A stretch of 64,000 nt of DNA, from assembly GCF_009914755.1 (NCBI RefSeq), contig NC_060929.1; one strand, written 5' to 3'. The notes below the pieces were generated by a model, which saw only the letters and a program-made list of their open reading frames with translations, ran no database searches and was not told the DNA's origin. Made by a program: the position numbers and the translations under genes. Each line of letters opens with the position of its first letter. Position 1 is the stretch's first letter. The DNA comes from the human T2T-CHM13v2.0 reference genome, Homo sapiens. Shown one piece after another: positions 1-11,307 of the stretch.

Positions 1-85
1 GTCTCAAACTCCTGACCTCAAGTAATCCACCTGTCTCAGCCTCCCAAAGTTCTGGGATTACAGGCAAGAGCCACCGTACCCGGCC
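1..85 (-). mobile_element. Alu (5' part, cut by window edge)
   Basis: Reverse complement of the Alu left-arm 5' end. Confidence 0.95.
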
Positions 86-163
86 CCCTTATTTATTATT
101 TCCAGAATCCTTGTAATTTTTTTTCAGTTTCTTCAGTATCCTAGTGAGGCTGCTGTTGTTTAC

Positions 164-334
164 CATCTCATATAGGAAACAAAGTAAATATGGAGTGCCT
201 AAGGGATGTAATTACATTAAATGAAAGGGAGATGGGATATGAGGAGTCAAGCTCTTTTTGCTGTAAATTCCTGGTAGTGCCAGGCTGAGTCCTAAGTCTT
301 GGTGGAATGGAGACCTATTTGGCAAGGGTCTGTC
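164..334 (-). pseudogene. Pseudo-exon, 171 nt, phase 1-1
   Basis: Pyrimidine tract then cataag acceptor, donor ATG|gtaaac. Reads QTLAK*VSIPPRLRTQPGTTRNLQQKELDSSYPISL... Confidence 0.5.
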
Positions 335-759
335 CTTATGGTGCCAGAATAGGAGAGCAAAAGAGTGAAAGTAGATAGCAAACACTCTTCTCTGGGGAGT
401 TCAGCTCACTTCTTTGATTCCTTTTTTGGCTGGACCTCTTTATTGGCTCAAAATTTTATTTTTATTTTGGCATGAATGATTTATGACTTAGAAATTTTGA
501 AGGTATTATTCTAAATATAAGAAGGTAGTTTAAGATGTTTCTACTGTTTGGTGGCAAGAAAACACTAGAAATGTCCATAAATAAAACATAAACAGAAAAT
601 GTTCTTCAGTCATTAGAAAGAGAAAACAGATTGTGCTAGTATGTGTGTATTTATAGTCACTCTATTAATTTATTGCCACACTGAAACCTCAGAGGTATAG
701 GTTACAGATGATAATCCACCCAAATTAGGAAAGTCTGTAACATTCTTATTGGGATAGCA

Positions 760-1550
760 TTGAAGTAAGAAGACTAGAAAGAAAAAATATCAGAAAAACA
801 TTAATAAAAACTACTCAAAAAACCACATTATAGTAAAAATAAATAAAATCACAGCATTCTGAATTTGCAACACTGTGGGATAAATAACTGGAATATGTTT
901 CCCACAGAAAACATCTAAAATAGCTGGGTATACTATAAAAATATGAATAAAGGATAGTTTGGGTAGTCATACTAATTTCAGACCAAATAGAATGCAATAA
1001 AAAAGTCATTAGTAGAGATAGAGTGACACTTCCTAATGATAAAAGGTTTAATTCACTGAGAACATATAACAATCTAAAATTTTTATGCACTTCTTAATGC
1101 AGCTTCATATTTTTTAAACCCCAAAGTGTCAGAACTACAAGAAGAATTAGACAAGTCCATAATTTAATTTAGAGGTTTTTAACATATCTCTCATCCTGAC
1201 TGATAGATCAAGCAGAAAAAATAAATCTATTCTAAGAGCATAGAAATTTTAACAGGACAACTAGCAACCTCAAGATAACAGACATATAAGGACATCCCAA
1301 CCAACAATGACAGAGGCCTCACTATTCTCAACAACAGGTGAAACTTTTATAAGAAATAACCATGTACTGGACTATAGAGTAAGGCTCAACAACTTTCAAA
1401 TGCTTGGTTAGAAAAAGGATAGCAAAATAAACTCACACAGAGAAGTAAGAAAATAATATGCATAAAAATACAAGTTTGTAAAGTTAAAAGAGCCATGCAA
1501 TTGGAAAGACCAATAAAGCCAAGGTCAGCTCTTTGGAAAACCACCAGCAA
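760..1550 (+). mobile_element. Old L1M ORF2 fragment
   Basis: A-rich degenerate similarity to the L1 endonuclease region; boundaries approximate. Confidence 0.65.
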
Positions 1551-1563
1551 AAACAATAAATAC

Positions 1564-1868
1564 CTCTCTTGTCTCTCATTCCTGTAAATTATGCAATTTG
1601 GACTCTTGGACCCTTGGCCAGCAATTCCTTTGTCACTGGACCTTCTCTTCCCTACTGGTCCTTCTTATCACTTATGGTCTCATTTACTCTTGGAAATTAT
1701 TTGGGTAAAATGTCTGTCTTTCACACTGGTCACAAAACTCTTTTGAAAATAGTGATGAAGACATATTTGTTAGAAGACATAATTTTTAAACTTGGGTACA
1801 AACACCATTATTCATGGTGGCTTTCAAAGGAACAACTGCCAAAAACCTGTTTCACTTCTTAATTTCTC
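1564..1868 (-). pseudogene. Pseudo-exon, phase 2-1
   Basis: tgttcag acceptor, GAG|gtattt donor. Reads EVKQVFGSCSFESHHE*WCLYPSLKIMSSNKYVF...; several stops. Confidence 0.55.
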
Positions 1869-1959
1869 CTGAACATACTTCTTTGTTTTGTGGTGGGGGA
1901 TGGTGGTATTGATATCTTAATGTTTACCTCCCATTAAGTGATGCCACACTACATCTGAG

Positions 1960-2170
1960 AGGCAATGTATAACAATGAAAATAGTTCAGGATTTTGAGCT
2001 ACTTGGAGTTTGTCACTTAAGGGCTTTCTCCCCTTTGGGGTAATTATAAAGGTATGAGTCTCAACTTTCTCAACTTTAAAATGATAGTAGTAGCAGTTAC
2101 CTTGCAAGGGTATTGTGAATATTATATTAAGCAATGTATGCCTAAGACCTGGAATGTAGAAACTGCTAAG
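1960..2170 (+). mobile_element. MIR
   Basis: Degenerate MIR core (gtctcaactttctcaactttaaaatg...taccttgcaaggg). Confidence 0.6.
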
Positions 2171-2209
2171 GAAACGGTGTCCATGCATTTTATAAGAAAA
2201 AACATTTAC

Positions 2210-2655
2210 CTTGCCCATGTTTCAAAAAAAGCCCTCAAAAAGCTGTTCAAATATATCGAAGATTTGGAACATAAGTTTATATTCAATTTATCCCTAAGTT
2301 TTGTGGTTTTATGTGATTTCAAATTTTTTCTGCTTCTGCCCTGTGCTTTACAGTCTAAATACTACAAATATTTAATACCAAGAGATTCTACTCCTGGTTC
2401 TTCAATCATTGTAAATTTCTCTATTTGCATTCTACTTTTTGAGCATGATAATGTCAGTTGCTGCTGGATGGTGAGTTCACTAAAGTTACTGGAGCAGCTT
2501 CAAAGTTCAGAAGAAGAGCCAAAGGTCACACAGATTCTTTCCCATATATATTTTAATTTAGGTTTTACAAAATCTCACAGTAGCCAAATGGTAGCCATGT
2601 AGTTTGTTCAAATGCTATCACTTTTCAAAAATATTTGTAACAATTGGTTGGTGTT
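2210..2655 (-). pseudogene. Pseudo-exon, phase 0-2
   Basis: Donor AAG|gtaaat. A single 148-codon frame with 4 stops (3 TGA): NTNQLLQIFLKSDSI*TNYMATIWLL*DFVKPKLKYIWERICVTFG...FLRAFFETWA. Confidence 0.7.
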
Positions 2656-3407
2656 CTGATTATTAAAATCTTCATTATTTATTTATTTATTTTGGGGGTT
2701 TGTGGAGTATACTAATATATGTAACTTAGCCAAGTACAAACTCTTCCAGAAAGGCCGACAGTTAATATTCCTCCAATATTCATTCACAGTTCCTAGCAAG
2801 CATTATATATAATCAGTGCTCAATAAATACATGTTGATTGACAAAGGACTAATCAGACACCTACTAGACTACAGCAAGGCAGGTTAAGAGGAAAGGGTGA
2901 GAGCTGGAAGGCAGTATACAGAGGAAAGGAGACTGAAAAAGATTTCAAACACTGAACGTTTTGGAAAATCCTGCAAATAACTGTGGAATTGTGTGCTGGT
3001 GAGTGATTGTTTGCAGGTTGCTGATGATGTGGAGTGTAGGTACAGTATAATCCAGAGCTGCCATCAGGCTGATTTAATTTTTTTTCATTAGCAGTGGTAC
3101 CGACTATAAAATGTTTATATTCAAATTCTAACTATGTATGCCTGGAGTAAATAAATAATTTACTGTATAAGCAATACATTATTTACTATGTTATTCTAAA
3201 TATATATACTATTTGCATTTTACTGAAAATAAAACAGGTAGACTGATGATCTCTTAGGGTTCCAAAATAAAAAATGAGAGAAAAAAAAAATCAAGACCTC
3301 AGCTGTAGTGGGATTTTCTATAAAGCAGGAAGTAATAGCAGAAGATAGCCCCCAATATATGGAACAAACAAGAAAATTAGCTTTCTTATAGAAAATACTA
3401 ATTTTAC

Positions 3408-3949
3408 CTGACACCCCAAATACTCAACCATTAATTATCTGGATTTTCTTGGAAAATTTTGAGTTGGGCTTCTGGATTAGAAAAGTCAGCACCATAGACA
3501 AAAACGTTTCGAAAATTATTTAATTCCTTAAGAATTGTTGGTGACTTCAAAGAAGTGAGCAAGATAATACCCTATTTGGGTTGGATGCTCAAATAAAGCA
3601 TGACTATATGGGCTGGTTCATTTTTTGAAATCACTCTGCTGGTTGCAAATCCCCAGCAATGTCTTGGAGGAAAGCTTCTTCCCAAATAAACTTGCTTTCT
3701 CCTTAAGCATATTATCTGTTGGCTGACCAATCAGTTCAGACTCATTTCTTGACAAGCAGAGTTCTGAGTCAGAGCCATTTTTGGTCCCATCTATTCCCAG
3801 CATCAAGCATAGAATCATGTCTTCTTGTCTCCACATGCAGGCCTGGGTGTTCCCCCACCACGGCTTTGGGAGTTAAATCTGGTGATTGAGAAGTGGGTCC
3901 AGTCCTTGAGATACAACATGGATATTAACTTGGGAATTAGTGATCCTTC
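3408..3949 (-). pseudogene. Pseudo-exon
   Basis: Acceptor cttttctgcacattag, donor CAG|gtaaaa, phase-1 start. Reads ...PWWGNTQACMWRQEDMILCL...KNGSDSELCLSRN...LLGICNQQSDF, then IILLTSLKSPTILKELNNFRNVFVYGADF after a frameshift. Confidence 0.7.
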
Positions 3950-3989
3950 CTAATGTGCAGAAAGAGCTTATTTCAGCTGCATACTAACA

Positions 3990-4170
3990 AGGACACGGGT
4001 TCTAGGGGCAGACATTCCATGTTGCCTCCTCCTGTTTTACCTGTGTGATGGGGACAAATTAACCTCTATCTGCCTCAATTTCCTCATCTCTAAAATGGTG
4101 ATAATAATATTACATGCCTCCTAGGTTTGTTATGGGGATTAAATGAGTAAAAGTACAAAAACAAAATCAC
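3990..4170 (+). mobile_element. MIR
   Basis: MIR core gcctcaatttcctcatctctaaaatgg. Confidence 0.8.
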
Positions 4171-4175
4171 TTAGA

Positions 4176-4690
<515 letters not shown>

Positions 4691-5018
4691 GATAATTTAT
4701 GTGTCTTTTAGCCAGCTCCCTTTGTCAATATTGAATAGATAAGCAATTAATTTTCTTCCTCCCACTTTGTCTAGAAATTGAAAAAATATTGCTCTGATAT
4801 CCCTATGCCATAGGCTGATGCATTTACCTAGTAATTTGTAAAAAACAGTGCCCTCTGAAAAGAGAATCTCCTGAACTTCTTGGTAATCTTTCTATGGTAC
4901 ATTCATTTTTGGGTTTCCCTTACAAGCTTCCTACCAGTGAAAGCTTACTACAGACAGTAATCCTTGGATGGTAGGATGATTGACAGCAGAGCTCTTTCCT
5001 AAGAACGACTGTACTCAC

Positions 5019-5474
5019 CTCTTTTTAGGAACTCTAAAATCACTATGGCTTCTCAGTCATTCATGGGACAATAATAACACTGATAGCAGAAAACCCTCTA
5101 AGAACATAGAATCCGATGGGGGTTGAGCTGGTTAGCCCTTGTGGCAGCCAGTGGGGGATAACGGGAGCAGTGGCAATATTTCTCCCTGGGCTTTCCATGG
5201 GCAACCCAGGGCCCAGCCTGGGCTTGACCTGCTCCAGTTGCTAACCTATGAGTGGGCAGGGTGAGGGGCTGCCTGCACCACAGGCAGGCATAGGTGCAAA
5301 ATCTGTGCTGCCAGGTGAGAATCATTAATGGAGGGGAGGGAAGAAGCCCACTTTAACCAAGGTCTGCAGTATCCGCAGCTTGAGTGTAAGAGGTGAGGGT
5401 AGATGTCAACAACAAATAACCTGTCCTATTGACAGCCCAGACAGAGACGTCCTTGCCCAGTCCAGGCCTCATAT
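5019..5474 (-). pseudogene. Pseudo-exon, 456 nt
   Basis: Acceptor cccctttttcttgtag, donor GAG|gtgagt. Ends EAIVILEFLKR in phase 1; the internal frame is ambiguous. Confidence 0.7.
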
Positions 5475-6755
5475 CTACAAGAAAAAGGGGATTGCAGAGG
5501 AAAAGCTTAATAAAACATTTTGATCTGTTCTAGAAATCACTTTTGGCTTTTAATTTCATTCTCTCCTTGACATTTACCCTATTCTGTGCCTCAACAAGTC
5601 AGTATAGGACTGGCCAAAAAGGAAAAAGTAATGGATGAAATAAGGAGCGAATGAGGCTCATGGATGGGATGGAGCAGGGAGCTCTGCTGGGTATAATATT
5701 TCATGGTACTAACTATGTTGACATTTTGATGTAAATGACTACCATGCCAAAAAGCCCTGTGTCAATTATTTTTACTTTTGGTGATGAAGTATCTGAAAAG
5801 AATTTATGTAATTTAATATGTATTCGTTAGTAGAGATGATGCTTATGTTATTCAATTATTTTCCACCTAATTTAGAAATCAAAGTACTCATATCTTTTTG
5901 CCATCTCTTCTTCTCTTTTTCCTTTTTAAATATTTGATCTGCAAGAGTTAAAATTCTTTAAGGTAGAAATGTTTTTTTTTTATTTTCTTTTCTGTGCTTT
6001 TATATACTTTCTAAATATTATACAAAGGACTTCCATCATTTCAGTAATCAGAAAAAACTATTAAAGTCATAATGAGAGTGCAAAAGAAAAGCTCACAATA
6101 CTTCCCAGGAGGTCCTCATCTGGCTTTTTTCCATGAAAACATTTTTTCTCTGCATGTAAGTCACAAGAAATTGCTCAATGTTTTGTTATTCTTATTTCTA
6201 TCAAGTCTGTCTCTTTTGCATAACTCTCACCTCATCCCCTTACCACTGTTTCTACTGTTGAAATAGGGTAGTTCATGGAGGGGAAAATGAAGATGCTATT
6301 TTTTGATGGTGCTATGAAAGACTTCTTCCAGTATTATGGCATTGATTCTTCTTCTGAACACTTACAGCACCTCTTTCCCTTACCCCATTGGCCCAATTCA
6401 CATTTTGTGGCCAAGCAAGAACTTAAAAAGGAAAGGTATGCACTTTTTTCCCATCTCCCTCACCTTAAGTGGCATCTCTCATCTGGCACAGGATGGGCAG
6501 GGTGATGCTCTAAGTCATGCTTAGTATCTTCCTCCCACTTCCACAATACATAGAAAACACATCTCATTCTTGGTTGTACTCAGGACTAGTTGTTAGTCCA
6601 TGGCAACCTATTTTCTATCTTTTTATTTCTTTCCTAACAGTTAAAGAGAGCAAAGATGCCTTTTTCTATACTTCTTCACCTTTCTTTTTCTGCTGCTGAT
6701 TTAATGTCTGGGCTGAGAGTTGCTTAGGGGAAGGTTGCTGCCTTGTTAAGTTTCT

Positions 6756-7440
6756 TTTTTTATTATTATTATTATACTTTAAGTTTTAGGGTACATGTGC
6801 ACAATGTGCAGGTTAGTTACATATGTATACATGTGCCATGCTGGTGTGCTGTACCCATTAACTCGTCATTTAGCATTAGGTATATCTCCTAATGCTATCC
6901 CTCCCCCCTCCCCCCACCCCACAACAGTACCCAGAGGGTGATGTTCCCCTTGCTGTGTCCATGTGTTCTTATTGTTCAATTCCCATCTATAAGTGAGAAC
7001 ATGCGGTGTTTGGTTTTTTGTCCTTGCGATAGTTTACTGAGAATGATGATTTCCAATTTCATCCATGTCCCTACAAAGGACATGAACTCATCATTTTTTA
7101 TGGCTGCATAGTATTCCATGGTGTATATGTGCCACATTTTCTTAATCCAGTCTATCATTGTTGGACATTTGGGTTGGTTCCAAGTCTTTGCTATTGTGAA
7201 TAGTGCCACAATAAACATACATGTGCATGTGTCTTTATAGCAGCATGATTTATAATCCTTTGGGTATATACCCAGCAATGGGATGGCTGGGTCAAATGGT
7301 ATTTCTAGTTCTAGATCCCTGAGGAATCGCCACACTGACTTCCACAATGGTTGAACTAGTTTACAGTCCCACCAACAGTGTAAAAGTGATCCTATTTCTC
7401 CACATCCTCTCCAGCACCTGTTGTTTCCTGACTTTTTAAT
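6756..7440 (-). mobile_element. 5'-truncated L1PA (ORF2 C-terminus plus 3' UTR)
   Basis: ORF 6976-7347 is the L1 ORF2 C-terminus; TSD TTAAGTTTCT at 6746-6755 and 7441-7450. Confidence 0.97.
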
Positions 7441-7600
7441 TTAAGTTTCTTCTCTGCTTTCTCCCTAGTCTTTCTTTTGAGAATCAGTCCTTGACTGGAA
7501 CCTCACTCCATGGAGCACTCGGGAGGGGGTGGGAGGATCCCAGTTTCTTTGGTTCCTCTCATTCTTTTTTCCTCTACATCTTTTAGAAAGATATATAACG

Positions 7601-7750
7601 GGTGTGGTGGCAGGCGCCTGTAATCCCAGCTAATTGGGAGGCTGAGGCAAGAGAACTGCTTGAAACCTGAAGGCAAGGTGGCAATGAGCCGAGATTATGC
7701 CACTGCACTCCAGCCTGGGCAACAAGAGCGAAACTCTGTCTCAAAAAAAA
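7601..7750 (+). mobile_element. 5'-truncated Alu (right arm)
   Basis: TSD AAGATATATAACG at 7588-7600 and 7751-7763. Confidence 0.95.
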
Positions 7751-7858
7751 AAGATATATAACGTGTGGTTTTTCTCCCATTGAAGAGTTTTCACAGACAT
7801 TAGGAAGGTATTTCATAATTACGTTTCCTGGGAGGAAAGAGAGAAGAGCTGCATTTAG

Positions 7859-8138
<280 letters not shown>

Positions 8139-8299
8139 GACTGGGAGAGCTACATATACTGGGGACCTAAACATTCCACACTGTAATGCCTGAAAACCCC
8201 TCTGAGGGAACAGGGTCCTGATCCTCTGTTTAAGCGACATTTTACCTCATAGCCATGGCACGATCAGAGTAGAGTGGTCTACCTTTCTGTTGGAACACT

Positions 8300-8630
8300 G
8301 TCCTCTCACTGACTCGCCTGGCTAATTTCCACTCATCTTACAAGAATCAGCTCAAAAACCTACTCTTCTTGGAATTAATCATGCCTTCCTGCCGTAACTC
8401 AGGTGAATGCCTTTCTCCATGGTCTACTCCTATTTAGCAAGGTGACCATCTTCCAAACACCCACAACACCCTCTTTACCATAGTCCTCGTCTTGCATTGT
8501 ATGAAATTATTTACTTTTGCCACCAGACTTTGAACACTTTCAGATCTTTTCAGCACTTTATTTTCTTTTCATCCTGGAAACCTAGCATGGAGCTTAGAGC
8601 ACAGTAGGATCTAAGTATTTGTTGAATGAC
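8300..8630 (+). mobile_element. L2 3' fragment
   Basis: L2 3' end gcacagtagg...tatttgttgaatga. Confidence 0.65.
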
Positions 8631-8701
8631 GATTGAGGCTGTGGTCATTCTCTTGCAGCATAAAAAGACATAGAACCCATGGTAGGGGACAAACATCATA
8701 C

Positions 8702-9086
8702 TGTGTCTTAAAAGTTCCTTCCTGTGACTCAAATGGCCAGTGAAATTTTTTTCTTGTTGAAAATGTAAGATGCCAATAGAGTGTAGTTTTCCTGAAAATG
8801 AAATCCCCATATAGTGGCTGGACCTCCACAGCAAAGTGCCCATCGTGGAAAAGGCTAAACTGTACCACTGAGCTCTTCATCTTCAGTTGTCAGCCCTCAG
8901 CCATCTCATGCAACTTTCATTTTTGTAGTCTTTGTGATTCTTAATCTCTCCTGTTGGCAAAAAGAGGGTGAGCAAGAAAAATGTCTCTGATGTTCCCCCG
9001 CAGCTTGGCAGTCAGTCACAGCTTTGGGAATCCAAAGACTGTCCCAGTGTTCTCTGTGCAGTGGCGTAGCTCCAAGTATTTTAGCT
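8702..9086 (-). pseudogene. Pseudo-exon
   Basis: Acceptor ctcatttttcag. One frame throughout: LKYLELRHCTENTGTVFGFPKL*LTAKLRGNIRDIFLAHPLF...KMKSSVVQFSLFHDGHFAVEVQPLYGDFIFRK...FHWPFESQEG. Confidence 0.7.
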
Positions 9087-9464
9087 CTGAAAAATGAGTG
9101 CAGTTTCTGTCTGTGGGCTAACATATGCACTTTACACACACTCTTGCATTAACTATGTCAAGAGAGTGTTCCAGAATAAAAATGCCAGAACTGAACAGAC
9201 TCCTTGAGTTCATACTCTCATTTTTCAACAGAAGAATGTGAGTCAGAGAGGTGGAGTGATTTTCTCAAGGTCACACAGCATTCAGCAATAAAAATGGGAG
9301 TAGGAATAGGAGCCACGTCCTGTACCCAGTCTGATGTTTGTTCTAAATACCACACTACTGTCCTTTCTAGTCTAGAGAACAGCTGATGACTTAGAATTTT
9401 GTGGGGAGAAGGGAACAAATTTCCCTTTACATAAAGAAGTGGGGTGCTTAATTCTGCAAGGAAT

Positions 9465-9640
9465 GGTATGTGACCTCAAGCAGCTATGAAACCTCTCTGA
9501 TCCTCAGTTTCCTTATCTTTAAAGTGGAACTGACAATAGCTACCCTACCAGCTGCTTTGGTGATTCGGTGAAATCATGTCAGCTCACTGCCTGGCTCAGA
9601 GCCTGGCCTTAGGGGATGCTCAGTGAACAAGAGCCGTTAT
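9465..9640 (+). mobile_element. MIR
   Basis: MIR core cctcagtttccttatctttaaagtgg. Confidence 0.75.
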
Positions 9641-9643
9641 TAC

Positions 9644-9773
9644 AAACAAGCATGTTGTCCAGCCCTTCTCCCATTCCAGATCCAGAAAGCTTCCCAGTGG
9701 GCAATCAATGCAGTAAGCCGCTGGCTGCGGGGCAATCGAGCAGGACACGTTTGAGAAAGGATTGAGAGCAAAT
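9644..9773 (-). pseudogene. Pseudo-exon, phase 0-1
   Basis: Acceptor ttttcttacatactag, weak donor. Reads ICSQSFLKRVLLDCPAASGLLH*LPTGKL. Confidence 0.5.
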
Positions 9774-10326
9774 CTAGTATGTAAGAAAACAACCAAATTC
9801 CCATAAAGCCTAATTATTTGCGCTGTTTATTAATAGCCCTGTTCTTCCCCCTCTCCCCCAGCAACAAATTAGGATCTGACTTGAGGTACAGCTCTGATTA
9901 GGGAGAGCCTAGTGCATTTCTGCAGGGGGTATCTCCTGCATAATGTATCTTGGCATCCAAAGGGAGCCTGGATGGCTGCCTGCTCTCAGCTTCCCTTTGT
10001 ATCTCCCATCATTGCCCATAAAAGCCTTCATTATGATCTGGGTCCCCTTTATTGCACATATAAATAAAATCTGACAGAATTGTACGTAAATCCTTTAGTG
10101 GCAAAAGCTGATAGAAGAGGGCAAAAATTAATTTTATGCATGAAGAATCTCATTAAGTAGCTTCATGGAAACAAAAGGAGGTGGCATCAGAGACTGGAGG
10201 GTGTGGGCTTCTCTAGGCTGCATCTCTCACAGCTTTACCCTGGAAAAGACAATCCGCTTCTGCTTCCACTGTTGACTCCAAGAGTCACAGGTGGTGGCAG
10301 AGCTGCACTTTCTGGGAAAGGCTTAC

Positions 10327-10635
10327 GTTTCTGAGGCAGGCAAGGCCCAGCTCCCTTAGGAGCTTCTGCCTTCCACTCCTGCTCTTAGAAGGGGTTCCAG
10401 GCACCCTGAGTGAGGTCCTCATGCAAGGCAGCAGGCATTGTCCCTGGAGAGATTGCATTCCCTGGGCTAAGAAGCCACATGCCTTCAATATACCTGGCAC
10501 CAGCTTTAGATCCTCCTGTGTAGGACCCTCTAGTACTAATGTTAACCACCTAGGCTGCTCTCTCCTGAGAATGGGATGAATGAGGTGAGGAGTGGAGAAG
10601 TGGAGGATGGCTCCAGCAGAGCCAGGATCCATCTG
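10327..10635 (-). pseudogene. Pseudo-exon, 309 nt, fully open in phase 0
   Basis: Acceptor tttccttaccccag (tandem CAGCAG), donor AAC|gtaagc. 103 open codons including LKLVPGILKACGFLAQGMQSLQGQCLLPC. Confidence 0.7.
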
Positions 10636-11307
10636 CTGGGGTAAGGAAATGTACAGTTAGCTCAGATGCTCTGGCAGTAAGGCCCAAGTTTCAATGGTTG
10701 ATTCTATATTCATTCTTGATTGGTTGATACCATGTTAAATCACTGCATTTTTCTGCTTTTGATTCATATTGTGTGGAATCAATGATCCGTTCTACATGGC
10801 CTGTTTTCCCTCCTAGAAAAGAAGCTGCTGACATAAAGGCAAAAGTCATCTGTTCAGTCTATCTTCTCAAAACATCTTTCTGTTTTAAGCCATTGTATGC
10901 CCCGGCCTATGCCATCCATCAGTATACGATAGGCTTACATCTAGATGTAAAATAATTCATTAAAAGTTACTTGTGATTTCAGAATACAAAGATCATCTCA
11001 TACAGAAATAGCTTATTGCAGATAAGTTTGATTGGTCAACTATGAAAGAACAATACATTATAAACACACTGAAATTATGCAGAGAAGATACAGTTTTAAC
11101 AAAAGATTACATTCTTAACTGATTTTCCAGCATTGCTGAGTGTCTCATAAGGAAGAAGCAATCAGATACAATGGGAGCTGTATTAGTTATCAGAGAAAAC
11201 AAGCAACCACAACAATAATAAAAACAAGGAAAATAAAATAACAGGAAAAACATCCCTTCAATAACAGTCCCTTATTGGTGTTAAACTGCTTCATGTAATT
11301 CCATCTG

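Larger units (their letters stand above)
6097..7827 (-). pseudogene. Large pseudo-exon interrupted by an Alu and an L1PA
   Basis: Acceptor ttctctctttcctcccag, donor ATT|gtgagc. The frame MKYLPNVCENSSMGEKPHVIYL continues as SKRCRGKKNERNQRNWDPP once the Alu and one TSD copy are removed. Confidence 0.55.

Noticed and set aside
2054-2602. 182-aa plus-strand ORF (also 15193-15588) as a real gene
   Set aside because: The 2054 ORF starts within a MIR; neither has a recognisable product, and both are explained as antisense shadows of minus-strand pseudo-exons.
9910-10070. Open 53-codon minus-strand frame after tgtcag
   Set aside because: No donor found; the smaller exon at 9644-9773 fits phase and motif better.
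10327-10635. Loose protein-kinase resemblance (LVLE...EDL...FLAQGMQSLQ...KLLRELGLA)
   Set aside because: No HRD, DFG or APE motifs and no kinase-like flanking exons; the Cys motifs fit the repeat pattern seen across the rest of the gene better.
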